In this document: one piece after another, positions 41,655-54,396 of the stretch
Position numbering within the stretch: the stretch's first letter is position 1
How the letters are laid out: each line of letters starts with the position of its first letter
Assembly: GCA_038087875.1 (NCBI GenBank)
Contig: CM075991.1
Coordinates: 4,898,001 to 4,962,000, forward strand
Origin: Malacoraja senta
Lineage: Eukaryota
Direction: 5' to 3'
DNA: 64,000 bases
Notes under the pieces: generated by a model
Told to the model about the DNA's origin: nothing
Databases searched by the model: none
The model's input: only the letters and a program-made list of their open reading frames with translations
Translations under genes and position numbers: made by a program

Positions 41655-44381
41655 CTTTATTAAACCCCCTCAGTCCCCGTAGACACAAACAAATTTCTCT
41701 CTGAGTAACCCCAAAAGTCCCCAAACTGCCCCACCTCTACGTCAGTAAGATCACTCTCCCTGCTGCCAAGATATCCTCGAGAGTCGGAATCAAACCAGGC
41801 AGATCATCCCACCGCCTACTAGCAGCATCCAATCTTGTTCTTGCGGAGCGGCTTGTTCTGAGAAACTCTCGAACCACCTTTATCTCACAATCAAGGAGCC
41901 TCGGCCTTGGAGTCTGGGCACTCGGCCCAACGCACTTGCACCTGCACCATCAGACTCCACATCACAACGTTCAAGGGCTCTTTCTGTAACTGAACGCCCA
42001 GAGCTCTCCAAAAGCTCTCCACCCCCACTACCCAAACTTTCCGGTTCACCCTTCCCCCTCCTCCTGCAAGACACCACCCCCAGGATCACTGCCAGGTAAG
42101 GGCCCGAAACCCCATCTGCAACAAGCATCCCCCTGACTGGCTTGGCCCCTGCACGCTACCCTCACCCTCCACGCCTTGCCTGGGGAAGCAAAACACTAGG
42201 CTCCCCCAGGGCCTGGGATACACTGGCACCTCTTGAAACTAAAGGGACATCACCACCCAAAACTATCCCCGACCTCCACAACACCTCTAGCATCCCCACC
42301 ACTAGCAACACCCAGATGCTCGCCTCTTACTTTTAGCCTTCCCCTTCCACCTCATCCGGCGATGCAGCACACCCCCCATTACCACCACTGGCACTGATGT
42401 GCAGCATAGACTGGAACACCACAGCCCCCGACCACCCCCTCAGGCTGACTCTGCTCATCCTCCATCTCAGGGGCCCCCTACCAGGGGCACATACCCCATC
42501 CTCTGGCGTTCCATCACCCTCAAGAGGCCTCTGAAACGCGGGGACCTCCTCCGACCCAGAGGACACCCCCCCAGGGGAGCTCACCTCACCACCCGATGAG
42601 ATAACTCCATCGGAGGACGCCTGAAATGAAGACAGCCACCCGCCCAGAGGACACACTCCAGCGGAATCACCCCCTCACCTGCCCTAATTTTCGCCTCACG
42701 CCCTTCCTCTTCCTCGCCAGGCCTATTCCTTTCACCCCACTAGGCATGCGGCAGTACGGTGACCTCCATAAAGGAAGGGTCTTCCACCCCCTCCCTACCC
42801 CCATCCACTATACCCCCCGCACCCTTTACCAACCCTTCCCCCGTCTGAGCGATCTCATCGCCTTGCTGGGCCACATCAAGCACACTCTGGACCTCACTAG
42901 AACTAACACGCATATTTTTACTCTCCGGATGGCCCTTTCCCTTCTTCTTCCTCCCCTTCTTCACCTCCCACTTCCCCTCCCCGTCTTCATCCTCCCCTCT
43001 CCACCCTCTCCCTCCCCTCACCATTAGCCACCACCACCGCCACAGTCTCAGGGACGCAGGGCCTAAGGCCTTCCCCGCCGGGTCCCAAGGCAGAACCTTC
43101 AGACCCAGATGGCCTATCACTTCCGCCCGGACCCCCGAGTAGAGCTAGCCGCCCTAGCCAGGTCAGCAGTGCCGCCCCGCGCCACCGAGGCATGATGTAC
43201 CACCCCGGATGGGCCAGCATTGCAATCCTGGGCCACTACGCTAGAACTTCTAGCAACGCCCCTTCGAGAAAGACACTCGTTACGGAAATGTTCCATATGC
43301 TCCACACTCATGACACCGTGCCTTCCCCCAACTCCAATACACGGTTCTATAGAGACCCTGACAATCCACCTCAAAGCTCCCCTCCTCGCCTTCGCCCTCA
43401 CCACCTTCATGAACACCCTCCTCTTAAAACTCAAGATCCCTCTTTCCTCCGGGTCCCCCCCGAGGTGCCTGAGCCTAAAGCACTTAGACCTCACCTCCCC
43501 AATCGTAGACAGGTGTGGCATAAGTGCAGCATCCGAAATAAATGTGGGGCAAGTCCGCAGGAGAACCGGTCTCACCCTCGATAACCACGGATCCACCTGT
43601 AATTGGATCCCCCCCACTGATATCCCCCTCTCCAACGCCATTTTCACACCCTCCTCGGTCTTCAAATCATCTCCACCTTGCCTCTTACAAGCTCGGAAGA
43701 GACAACATCCCGCCCCCCAATAAGGTCATTCACGGCCTTGGTAATTGCACCCCTAGACATCTGGGGCCCAGTTTGGACCGAGATACCAAACTTGCCCCAA
43801 TTCAAGTTCACATAAGGCTCATGCTCCACTGTCCTCGCATCCGTCTCTGATGCCGCCACTGCGTAGCTCCGGTTCTTCGGCCTCGCCCCAGCCTTCGCCA
43901 TCCTGACAGAGGCACAACCAGCTCCAATCGCCCCGGCAGCTCAGCTCCACGTTAACTCCTGCAAACAGTCACAGTCAACAAGTAGCAGAACTCTGAAGCC
44001 TCCAGCTACAGCCAGAAAATCCCAAAGACGTCCACAGCCGACAGCAGCTTTTGGGAAGCTCTATCCCATTCTTTCCGAACTCAACAGTACCATCTTCACA
44101 TTAAACCCGACATCCGCCGGAGCAAAATGCCTTTTTTTCCGTTCCCTCTAATACCATCCACTCTTGGCAGTCCGCCAACGACAACCGCACCCTCGACAAT
44201 GGAAAAAATATCTCCGGAATGTCCGCACTTGTGGAGAATTCCTAGAGCAGAGAAAAGTTTCACCAGTCCAACAATAAGTTAGACCATGAAGCCCCTCTGC
44301 CTCTGTTCCTTCCCCATCGACAACGTCCTTGAAAGCTGTTTGAATCCTTCTCAACTGCAGAGCTGAAAAAAAGACAGCCAG

Positions 44382-44382
<1 letters not shown>
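39290..44382 (-). mobile_element. Tx1-clade (L1 group) non-LTR retrotransposon with an apparently complete 5' end; 3' end lost in the gap
   Basis: 5' UTR about 43902-44382. ORF1 starts at 43901 (MAKAGARPKNRSYA..., PTFISDAALMPHL, ILSFKRRVFM, degenerate zinc knuckle near 43280-43320). ORF2 starts near 41654 with APE motifs (TVATLNLNG, LGGDFNC, SRIDRIY, SDHC) and RT motifs (KSPGMDG, KNWRPVSLL, SLDQEKAFDRV, GVRQGCP, YADD). Confidence 0.95.
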
Positions 44383-44457
<75 letters not shown>

Positions 44458-44470
44458 ACTCTCTCTCTCC
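44383..44470. repeat. (TC)n/(GA)n microsatellite between two Tx1 elements
   Basis: Direct reading. Confidence 0.98.
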
Positions 44471-44471
44471 C

Positions 44472-45048
44472 ACTCTCTTTTTCCAAGGACATTAAACAAC
44501 AATTGCTTATTACAGTGTACCAAAAAGTACAGACACGTTCAATGGCCACTATACAGCAATCAGTCATTATAGTACAAGGGTGCAATCGTTATTACAAATG
44601 CTTTCGACTCCCCGCGGCGACCAGTGTCAACGGAAGTCCTCCAGAGTCCGTGTGGGTACCGCGTGTTCCATATCCAGGGACACGCGAGCACCGACGAGGG
44701 CCCGAATGGGGGCAGGAAGCCGACTCTGTTGTGACCATCGACCGCTCGCTGCCTCGATCCGCGAATGGCCATCTTGGCCAGGCCCAGGAGCAAACCAACA
44801 GGAGGTCCTTCCTTCCGACCCCCCCCCCCCACTCCGTGCCCTGTGCTCAAACACCAAGATCGTGGGACTAAAATGCAACCAAACTTGAGGAGCAACCCTT
44901 CAGAAATTCGGACAGGGGCAGCAATCTCTCACACTCCATATACACGTGGAACACGGTCTCTTTCTCGCCGCAGAAGTTACAGGCGGCGCAAGTCTGTGTA
45001 CCGACTCAAAAGTTAATTACGCATCACGGCTCTGTGCAACACTCTCTG
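44472..45048 (-). mobile_element. 5'-truncated Tx1 3' end flanked on both sides by (TC)n
   Basis: Degenerate ORF2 C-terminus: CNFCGEKETVFHVYMEC, HFSPTILVF, LLLGLAKMAIRGSRQRAV, ARVSLDMEHAV. Short 3' UTR. (TC)n at 44383-44470 and 45050-45086. Confidence 0.85.
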
Positions 45049-45052
45049 TATG

Positions 45053-45087
<35 letters not shown>

Positions 45088-45317
45088 CCCCCTCTCGCCC
45101 CCTCTCTCCCTTCTTTCCATCGAGCCCCCCCCACCCCCCTGCTCCCCACACCCCTGCTCACCCGAGCATATTCAACCCTGATCGTGTTGCGATCACATCT
45201 CTGTCTCCCTACCCCCCCCCCCCCCCAACTCTCTCTCCCGACTCCCCCTTCAGCCTTGAGATGCCAGTTCCGTGATCGGGATCACATCCTGTGAGCTAAA
45301 GGGAGATGATTACTTAC

Positions 45318-47159
45318 GGGTCACGGCAAAATATAACCAAAGAGCGAACACATGCACTTCCAGCAATTGGAGCTATTCCAATGTTCCCCGATTCATGAGA
45401 CGTCCCGTCGTGTGTGTCAAAGCAGACGCCCCTAGCTGTTGGTGACAAACACAGCGGGAGGTTAATGTCCCGTCAGGGAGTGCAGTGGCCCTCGGGGGTA
45501 GCGGGGCCGTGGTGATACGTCAATACTAACTCTCCCTGGAAATGAGCCATTCAGACCATTGGGAAGAGCGTGTGCATTGACCAGGATCCAGCATTTGGCT
45601 GCACGGCACCGTTTCAGCCGGGTTCGGGCATCAGCACCCTCCCCAACGCCCTGTTACTCATCTCAGAGGCCCAACTGCGAAATTGATGTCCAGAACTCAA
45701 TGCACATCTGTTTAAATAAAATTCAATGTATTCAGCTATTTAAGGAATTATTTAGGCATGGAACTATAAGAAACACCCACCGCCATAATATCAGACTGTC
45801 AATGATCGCAAACAAATATCAAATCACTATGTTACGATTCAAGAGACAGTCGGGCCCTCGCGACGGCCAGCCGTCCTGGGATCACCTCCCGGATGTCAAT
45901 GGACACTATGTGTTCTTTTTCAAAGGACAAACTGGCGCCAACATAAACTCGGGAAAGAAGCGGGCAGTCGGCTAGTGTGGAGCCCTCGTCTGCCGCAAAT
46001 GGCCAGGTTTGGCCAGGCGCAAGGTTTGATAGACACAAGTCATCCTCTGATCTCCCCCCCCCCGCACAGGGTGCACACAGATTAGTACGGTGGTTCTGAA
46101 GTGGAGCTAGAAAGCAAGGAGTAGCCCATACAAGTAGCTCACTCCATAAATTGTGTCGGAGGAAACTTCAGATACTGGTTTGCACCGAAGATTGACAAAA
46201 TGCTGGAGTAAACACTGCGGGTCTGAAGAAATGTCTGGGACCCGAAACGTCACCTATTCCTTTTCTCCAGAGGCTGCCTGAACCGACAAGTTACCCAGCA
46301 TTTTGTGTCTGTCACTCCATAATTGTGCACGTTTCGCAGTTCCCCCTTGATTACAGTGTGAACCCTGACCCACTGTGATCCCCAATACCCATCCGGGCTG
46401 TGGTGCCGGGAACAGTTACGGGTTTGAGAGGAACTCCTGGGGGCACTTTCACCATTTTCGGGCAAAACGCGTCTCGCGGCCAATGAAGAGCTGGTGAGGT
46501 GTCGCCATTGTTGTCGGGAAGCGGGACTTCCATTGGTGCACGGCATGATCCCACACAGCCCAGTGATTGGCTTCTGATGACCAGGTCCATCAACAGCTGT
46601 TGAGGACAAACACTGGTCAGTGTAAAGGGGCAGCGGTACTTAATTCTAATGAGATCCTTCAATCCACCTGTGAACAAAGTTTAGTGCCTCAGCTGAAGTG
46701 CGGCAGAGGAGCGCACCCTCAACTGAGGATTAGTCCGGGGCATCAACCTCCACTACTATCAGACTCCTACCGCCCGCGGAACCAAGTGTGACGAGCTTTA
46801 GCGTCGCGCCTTGAGTGTGATGTCCTGCTCAGTCCCTGTGTCGGCCGAGTCTCACTGCCGGATCAGAGTGAGATTCATATCGATAGATTACCGCTTGTGT
46901 GCTGTGCCGTAATGAAGCAGGCGGCTTCCAACCGCTGAGCGGCGAGAAGCAGCAGAGCGATGCACAGTTGGTGTTTCTGCACAGAGAGAGCGAGAGATGG
47001 ACAGCTTGGTGACCGTCGTGGTCAAGTAACTAACATTGCACCCTGCCCCTGTCACTGTCACCTCGGAAGGCGGCTGTGCAACGAATCGAAGCTGCGTTGT
47101 GTTGTTCATTGAACAACCCAAGAACAGTCGGATGCACAAACCTGATCCGTACATACCAT
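45318..47159 (-). pseudogene. MSMB: MSMB-like copy A: exon 1 (47157-47159), exon 2 (46892-46976), exon 3 (45318-45435); exon 4 not visible
   Basis: ATG|GTATGT; exon 2 KHQLCIALLLLAAQRLEAACFITAQHTS with intact splice sites. Exon 3 has a -1 and a +1 indel relative to paralogs. Intron 3 is occupied by Tx1 elements that run into the assembly gap. Confidence 0.75.
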
Positions 47160-48355
47160 GATCTCCGAACCAGACACTTCTCTTCAGTGTCTGAGCGGAC
47201 AATCTCTGCCCCGCTGGCACCGCCTGCAGACTTCATTCTCCGCTCTCGAGAACCTGCTTTTGACCCTTGCTGATGCTGCCTGCGTTTTATCCATTCAGAA
47301 AAGAGGTGGAGTTTCGCTGGTGCCGCCTTTCACTTCACCGGTCTTTCAACCAGCGTATCATCCTTAAAGTCATGGAGCACCGAAATTGACCATGCCTCTC
47401 AAACTGCGCCATCTCCGCTAGTCCCACCCACAAGTGCTTAGCCCATGTCCGTGTAAACCTTTCTATTCCATGAACCCGTCCAAATGCCTTTGAATGCTAC
47501 TGTGAGAACTTGTCTCACTGCTCTCCAACTTGGGAAACAGGCTCTACGCCTAAACTGCCCCCTCACCAACATGTCCCATCTACACTAGTCCTACTTACCG
47601 GCGTTTGGCCCATATCCATCTAAACCTATCCTGTCCGTGTACCTGTCTAATTGCTTCTTAAACGTTGCGATAGTCTGTGCTTCAACTACCTCCTCCGGCA
47701 GCTCGTTCTATGCACCCACCTCCATGTGTGTGTCAAAGGTTATGCCCCAGATTCCTATCATATCTATCCCTCTTCACCTTAAAACGGTGCCCTTTTAACT
47801 GTTTCTCCATTTCCATGATCTTAATATCCACCAGGTCTATATGTCTGATGGTTTTATACACTTCCCTAGAAGCCTTTGAATTTTACTTGCACGTACTCCA
47901 ACTTACATTTCCTCGCACACTCGAGTTCCCAAACACGCCACAGCGTTTTCCTAGAACCTTCCATTTCTCCAGCCAATTTCTTATTGAAATGATGGGTTAG
48001 ATGGAACCAATAACAGGTTTAGTAGCACCACTGGGCCTCATTCCCCATTTTCAAGCTAAACGTATCAAAGCCTTCAAATTTAATTATTTTCAGGTTAATT
48101 TACATATTCCATAGATGTATTCTCTTTACAACCTACATTTTGTTCAATTTAAATGTTCTCAATCATTGAAGTTCCCAGAGCCTCCTCCATCTCACGCCCC
48201 CTTTCGTATTGAATGATGGGTCAGAAGACGACGGCAGAACATGTTTGGTAAATATTTATTGTGATGCAAGAGTCATTACATTACATTCCATGCAAGAGTC
48301 AAGGCTCGTTGATGTATGTCTCCACATTTGAAGGAGTTGTCTGGTTTATTCCAGC

Positions 48356-48485
48356 TCATTTCCCAACAAGTATATCCACTTGACACTCGGCAGACGGGTC
48401 GTTCTTCCTTATGGCATGAAACGAACAAGTCCTAATATCGAAAGTTAACATACATTCGCTCGAGTAACCAGATGGCATGGCATAC
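48356..48485 (-). CDS. MSMB: MSMB-like copy B exon 4 (terminal)
   Basis: ttccctAG acceptor; (R)YAMPSGYSSECMLTFDIRTCSFHAIRKNDPSAECQVDILVGK-TGA. Splice phases 0/1/2 join all four exons into a 110-aa ORF with 10 mature-region cysteines. AATAAA at 48345-48350 and 48255-48260. Confidence 0.93.
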
Positions 48486-48799
48486 CTAGGGAACAGATCA
48501 AGGACCAATGATAAACAATTGGAAAGATCTGCCTCGCTGCGCTAGGAAAGCGGATTGGATCCTGACCTCAGGTCCAGACTGTGGAGTTTCCATGTTCTCC
48601 CTGTGACTGCGTGGGTTTTTTTTAATGGATGCTCTAATTTCCTCCCATACCCCATATATTTGCGTGTCAGGAGTTAACTGACGCTGCAACGTGCCCTGAG
48701 CGTGCAGGTGGAGACTAATATTAGGTCCAACACTAAGATCGATGCGGGGAGGATAAAACAGAATTAATTCATGGTCGATCTCTCTCTCTCTCTCTCTCT

Positions 48800-49315
48800 T
48801 TTTTCCTTTCCAAAGACGTTATTCAGCAACTGCATACTGCAGTGGACCAAAACGTACATAAACGTTCAATGATTACAATACATCAAACAGTCATTATAAT
48901 GCAATGGTGCCAATCAATATTGACAATGCTCTCGACTCCCCGCGGCGACCACCGTTCACGGAAGGCCTCAAGAGTCCCCGTGGACACCGCGTGTTCCCTT
49001 TCCAGTGACACGCGAGCACGGACATAGGCCCGGAAGTGGTGCAGGCAGCCGACTCTGTGGTGACCATCGACCGCTCGCTGCCTGGACCCACGAATGGCCA
49101 TTTTGGCCAGGCCAAGGAGCAAACAGACAGGGAGACCCCCCCATCCATCGGCCCTCCCACTCCCCGCCCTATGCCCAAACACCAGGATCATGGGACCTAA
49201 ATGCAACCAGAACTTGAGGAGGCAGCCCTTCAGATATTTGTACAGGGGCAGCAACCTCACGCACTCCGTATACATGTGGGGCAGCAACCTCACGCACTCC
49301 GTATACATGTGAGCA
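48800..49315 (-). mobile_element. 5'-truncated Tx1 3' end in intron 3 of MSMB-like copy B
   Basis: HMYTECVRLLPLYKYLKGCLLKFWLHLGPMILVFGH...LLLGLAKMAIRGSRQRAV...RARVSLEREHAVSTGTLEAFRERW. The 3' end abuts (TC)n at 48779-48798. A 33-bp tandem duplication lies at 49245-49310. Confidence 0.85.
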
Positions 49316-49501
49316 CGATATCTACATACCCGCATAAAATATAGGCCTGACTACTCCTTCTCCGGAAGGGAGTGGGGGCCATCAAGGATACATTTACCCT
49401 TATGAGGCACCGCGGGCTACAAAGTGCGGTCTGAGTCCAAATGCCCGCAGAATCTCCATCAGGTAGTCGTGATCCACCACTAAAAGTGAATGATTACTTA
49501 C

Positions 49502-49616
49502 CGCTCGCAGCAGTCATAACCTTGGCGCGAACACAAGCAATCCCAGCAGTTGGTCACCCAACTTTCTCCGTATGGATGATACGTCCCGTCGGTTAGATCA
49601 TGGCACATGCCCGCAA
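49502..49616 (-). CDS. MSMB: MSMB-like copy B exon 3
   Basis: cAG acceptor; 115 nt encoding (V)AGMCHDLTDGTYHPYGESWVTNCWDCLCSRQGYDCCE(R); GTAAGT donor. Shows the PSP94 pattern C-x-D-..-H..G..W...C..C.C......CC. Confidence 0.93.
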
Positions 49617-49722
49617 CTGTTGATGACCAAGACAGCGGTGGTCAGTGACCGTCGGTTAGTGGAGTGACCGAGGGAGTGGCAGAGGAGCCCTACTAGGGAA
49701 TTGATGTTCAGAGCTCAACCCA

Positions 49723-50899
<1,177 letters not shown>

Positions 50900-50908
<9 letters not shown>

Positions 50909-52560
50909 ACATAGCTAAAAACTGCCATCTGCTCTTCCGGTTTGCGTTGTGTTTACATTTGTGCAAAAATGGTACCCAATAGCGTTATGATATTTCGCCA
51001 CCCTACTCGCCATTTCCTGTGCTACAAACGCAAAAAGTTGTGTTCCGACTGGTGGAAGATTACAAAAGGTTTTAAGGTTTAAATTCGTTAAAAAAAACTC
51101 GCATGCGCCGATTGGTCTCCTTTTCTGTCGGCAGATTGGTCTTCACTCCTGCATATCGCCGGGACGGCGATGTCCCTTGTGGCGCCCGCTGTTACTCACC
51201 GGCGGCGAGGTGAAAAAAGTTGAAGGAGCAGAATAAGTTGCGTTTGGCGAGCGGCTGGGGCTGCGTATGCGGCGACCACCACTATGAGCCGGGAGCCGTT
51301 GAGTGGGGCCAGAAACCGCTGAGGCAGGGAGCTGCTGAGTGAGGCCAGGAGTCGTTGAGTGAGGCCAGGAACCGCTGAGTGAGGCCGCGAGGTGGCTATG
51401 AGTGAGGCCGCGAGCCTCTGACTGAGGCCGGGAGCCGTTGAGTGAGGCTGGCGCCGTAGAGTGAGGCTGGAGCCGGGGCCGGGGCCGGCGCCGGGATCTG
51501 ATGAGTGCAGCCGGCGCCGGGGCCAAGAGCCGCAGATTGAAGGCGGGAGCTGATGATTGAGACCGGGGCCGGGAGCTGCTGATTGAGGCCGGAGCCATGG
51601 CCGGGAACTGCTTAGTGAGGCCGGGGCCAAGGACGGGAGCGGATGAGTGCGGCCAGAGCCCCTCACCCTGCCCTCATGTCCTCCCACACCCCCCCTCCCC
51701 CCACACACCCACTCCGCACCCACACCACCCTCACCCACCGGCCCCCGACAGCTCCCGCTGAAGCCGTCCCCCTCCCCCGGCTGCAGAACGCCCCACCCCA
51801 CAGGCCCGCCATCCCCCTCGCCCGGCCGCAGGGCGCACCCCCACCGCCGCTCAACAGCCCGCCTGAAGCCGCCCCCTCTGCAGGATGCTCCCCACTGGGC
51901 CCCGCCTGAAACCGATGGGGAGCGGCAGCGGTAGGCGACGACAGCGATATGCCACAGCTGCGGTAGTGATAGGCAGCGGCAGCGGTAGGCCACGACAGCG
52001 ATAGGCAGCGGCAGGCCACGACAGCGATAGGCAACGGCAGTGGCAGGCCATGGCAGTGGCAGGTGTAGGCAGGAAGCGGTAGGAAGTGGCAGCAATAGGC
52101 CACGACAGCGCTCCCCATCGGCCCCCGGCAGGCACCGCCGGAAGCCACCCCCTCTCCCAGCTGCAGGACGCCCCTCCCTCCCCCACCAGCCCCGGACACC
52201 CCCTGCCTGAAGCCACCCCCCTACCCCGGCTGCAGAACGCAACAAGAGACGACTGAATGAATTTCATCTTTAACGTTTACTTTGATGTTATATTTTAAGT
52301 TGTTCACACTTTAAGCTTTAATCAATCCCCTTTACACTAGCCGTGCCCGTCAGCTGCGCATGTGCTGTAATACCTGCGTGGTTTACGTCACAATGGGCGG
52401 GAATGACTGCGCAGCCGGAGGGCCGCTAAGAGTGGATGGGGGTGGGGGGGGGGTGAGGGGGGATTGAGTGAGTGTCCGGGGGTGGAGGGCAAGGGCGGTG
52501 TGGCTGGGGCGGGGGGGGGGGGGGGTGAGGGGCGTCACAACGGGAACCCGTCAGCCGCGC
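50900..52560 (+). mobile_element. GC-rich insertion with internal minisatellites, possibly a non-autonomous Helitron-like element
   Basis: Absent from the homologous intron of copy A. Begins TCTATATACATAGCTAAAA. Internal tandem units of about 20 bp (gagtgaggccgggagccgtt, 51290-51630) and about 30 bp (ggcagcggcagcggtaggccacgacagcgata, 51920-52110). The family assignment is weak. Confidence 0.45.
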
Positions 52561-53589
52561 CTGTATTCTCCTAATTTATGCATGAAACTATTAAATAAAG
52601 CCTTACCGCCTTAACATCAGACTATAAACTATCACTGCCCAAATACCAAATTACTATGTTACAATCATGAAACAGGAGACAGCCCTGGCGGTCCTGGAAC
52701 GCCTCCACGGTGCTAGTGGGCACTGCGTGTTCTTTTTCAAGGGACGACAGTCGGGCTCGGGCGTAAGCTCGCCAAAGGGGCGGTCAGTCGGCTCTACTGA
52801 AGCCCTCGTCTGCCTGCACTGACCTACCCACTCTCCTCCTCTGCCGAAAAATAAGGATGGTGGGATTGAATTAGAGCCAGAAAGCAAGGAGCAGCCCAAT
52901 CAAATAGCTCGCTCCGTGATTATGTAGGAAGAAAATGCAGATGCTGCTTTCCGCAGAAGATTGACACAAAATCCTGGAGTAACTGTACGGCTCAGGTCTG
53001 AAGAAGGGTCTCGACCCCAACCATCATCTGTTTCTTTTCTCCAGACATGCTGGCTGAACAGCTGAGTTACTCCAGCATTTTGTGTCTATCACTCCCTAAT
53101 TTTCGCCGTGCCCGTGGTTACAGTGGCCCTGACCCACTGGGACCGCAATACTCATCCAGGCTGTGGGTGCCGGGACCACTGGACGAACTCCTGGCGTAAT
53201 TTCCCAATTTTCAGGCAAAACCCATCTCGCGGCCAATGAGGAGCTGGTGAGATGTCGCCATTGTTGGCGGGACCGTGGCTTCCATTGGTGCACGGCATGA
53301 TCCCACACAGCCCGGTGATTGGCCTCTGGTGGACCAGGTCCATCAACAGCAGTTGAGGGACACATATTGGTCAGTGTAAAGGGGCAGCTGCACCAAGTGC
53401 GACGAGGAGCGCTCACTCAGCCGAGGATGGTCGGGGCATCAGCCTCCACTATCCTCAGACTCCAGCCCTACCGAGGCACAGGCGGGGCGCCAAGGGGTGA
53501 CGAGCTTTAGCGAAGCCATGAGTAAAATGTACTGCTCAGTCGGAGTCTCACTGCCGGATCTGAGAGTGAGATTCACGTCGATATCATAC

Positions 53590-53674
53590 CGCTTGTGTCT
53601 TGTTGCCGAAAGGTGCAGGAGGATTCCGACAGCGGAGCAGCGAGAAGCAGCAGGGCGATGCACAGTAGTAGTTT
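53590..53674 (-). CDS. MSMB: MSMB-like copy B exon 2 (signal peptide and first Cys)
   Basis: ctccctccgcAG acceptor; 85 nt encoding KLLLCIALLLLAAPLSESSCTFRQQDTS plus 1 nt; GTATGA donor. Confidence 0.9.
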
Positions 53675-53853
53675 CTGCGGAGGGAGGGAGGGAGAGAGAA
53701 ATAGATTGTTGAGCGACGTGGTCAAGTAAATAAAACTGCAATCACATCCGTCACTACCACCTCAGAGGCGGCTTTGCGGCGACTCAAAGCTGCGCTGGGA
53801 AGTTTACTGAACACCCAGCATCAGTCAGTTGCACAAAGGCGATCCGTACTTAC

Positions 53854-53856
53854 CAT
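53854..53856 (-). CDS. MSMB: MSMB-like gene copy B (intact), coding part of exon 1 (ATG only)
   Basis: Minus strand reads gagatcATG|GTAAGT. An ATG-only first coding exon is the known MSMB architecture, and the same arrangement is present in copy A. Confidence 0.85.
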
Positions 53857-53984
53857 GATCTCCGAACCAGACCGCTTCTCCCCAGTCTCTGAGTGGACAA
53901 CCTGCGTCCCCGCCAGCACCGCCTGCAGACTTAACTCTCCGCTCTAGAGAATCTGCGTTTCAACCTTGGCTTTTGCCGGCTGTG

Positions 53985-54050
53985 GGCTATTTATTCAGAA
54001 AAGAGGTGGAGTTCCGCTTGTCTCGCCTTTCATTTCACCGGTCTTTCACC
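53985..54050 (-). promoter_or_regulatory. Putative core promoter of MSMB-like copy B (TATA-like AATAAATAG)
   Basis: AT-rich box about 135 nt upstream of the ATG. The flanking block (cagaaaagaggtggagtt...ttcaccggtctttca) is conserved upstream of copy A at about 47285-47350. Confidence 0.45.
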
Positions 54051-54060
54051 CCCCCCCCCC

Positions 54061-54389
<329 letters not shown>

Positions 54390-54396
<7 letters not shown>

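Noticed and set aside
41300..43900. Many frameshifts in Tx1 ORF1 and the start of ORF2 as possible programmed recoding
   Set aside because: Scattered indels fit decay or low-quality consensus near a contig end.
51290..52110. Short direct repeats superficially like a CRISPR array
   Set aside because: Degenerate head-to-tail units without unique spacers, no cas genes, and a vertebrate context.
51143..52267. 349-aa and overlapping GC-rich ORFs
   Set aside because: Stop-poor minisatellite sequence open in several frames, with no domain signal.
52826..52845. Apparent micro-exon (cag|aggaggagagtgg|gtaggt) in copy B intron 2
   Set aside because: It lies within the old Tx1 relic, is not conserved in paralogs, and would break the frame.
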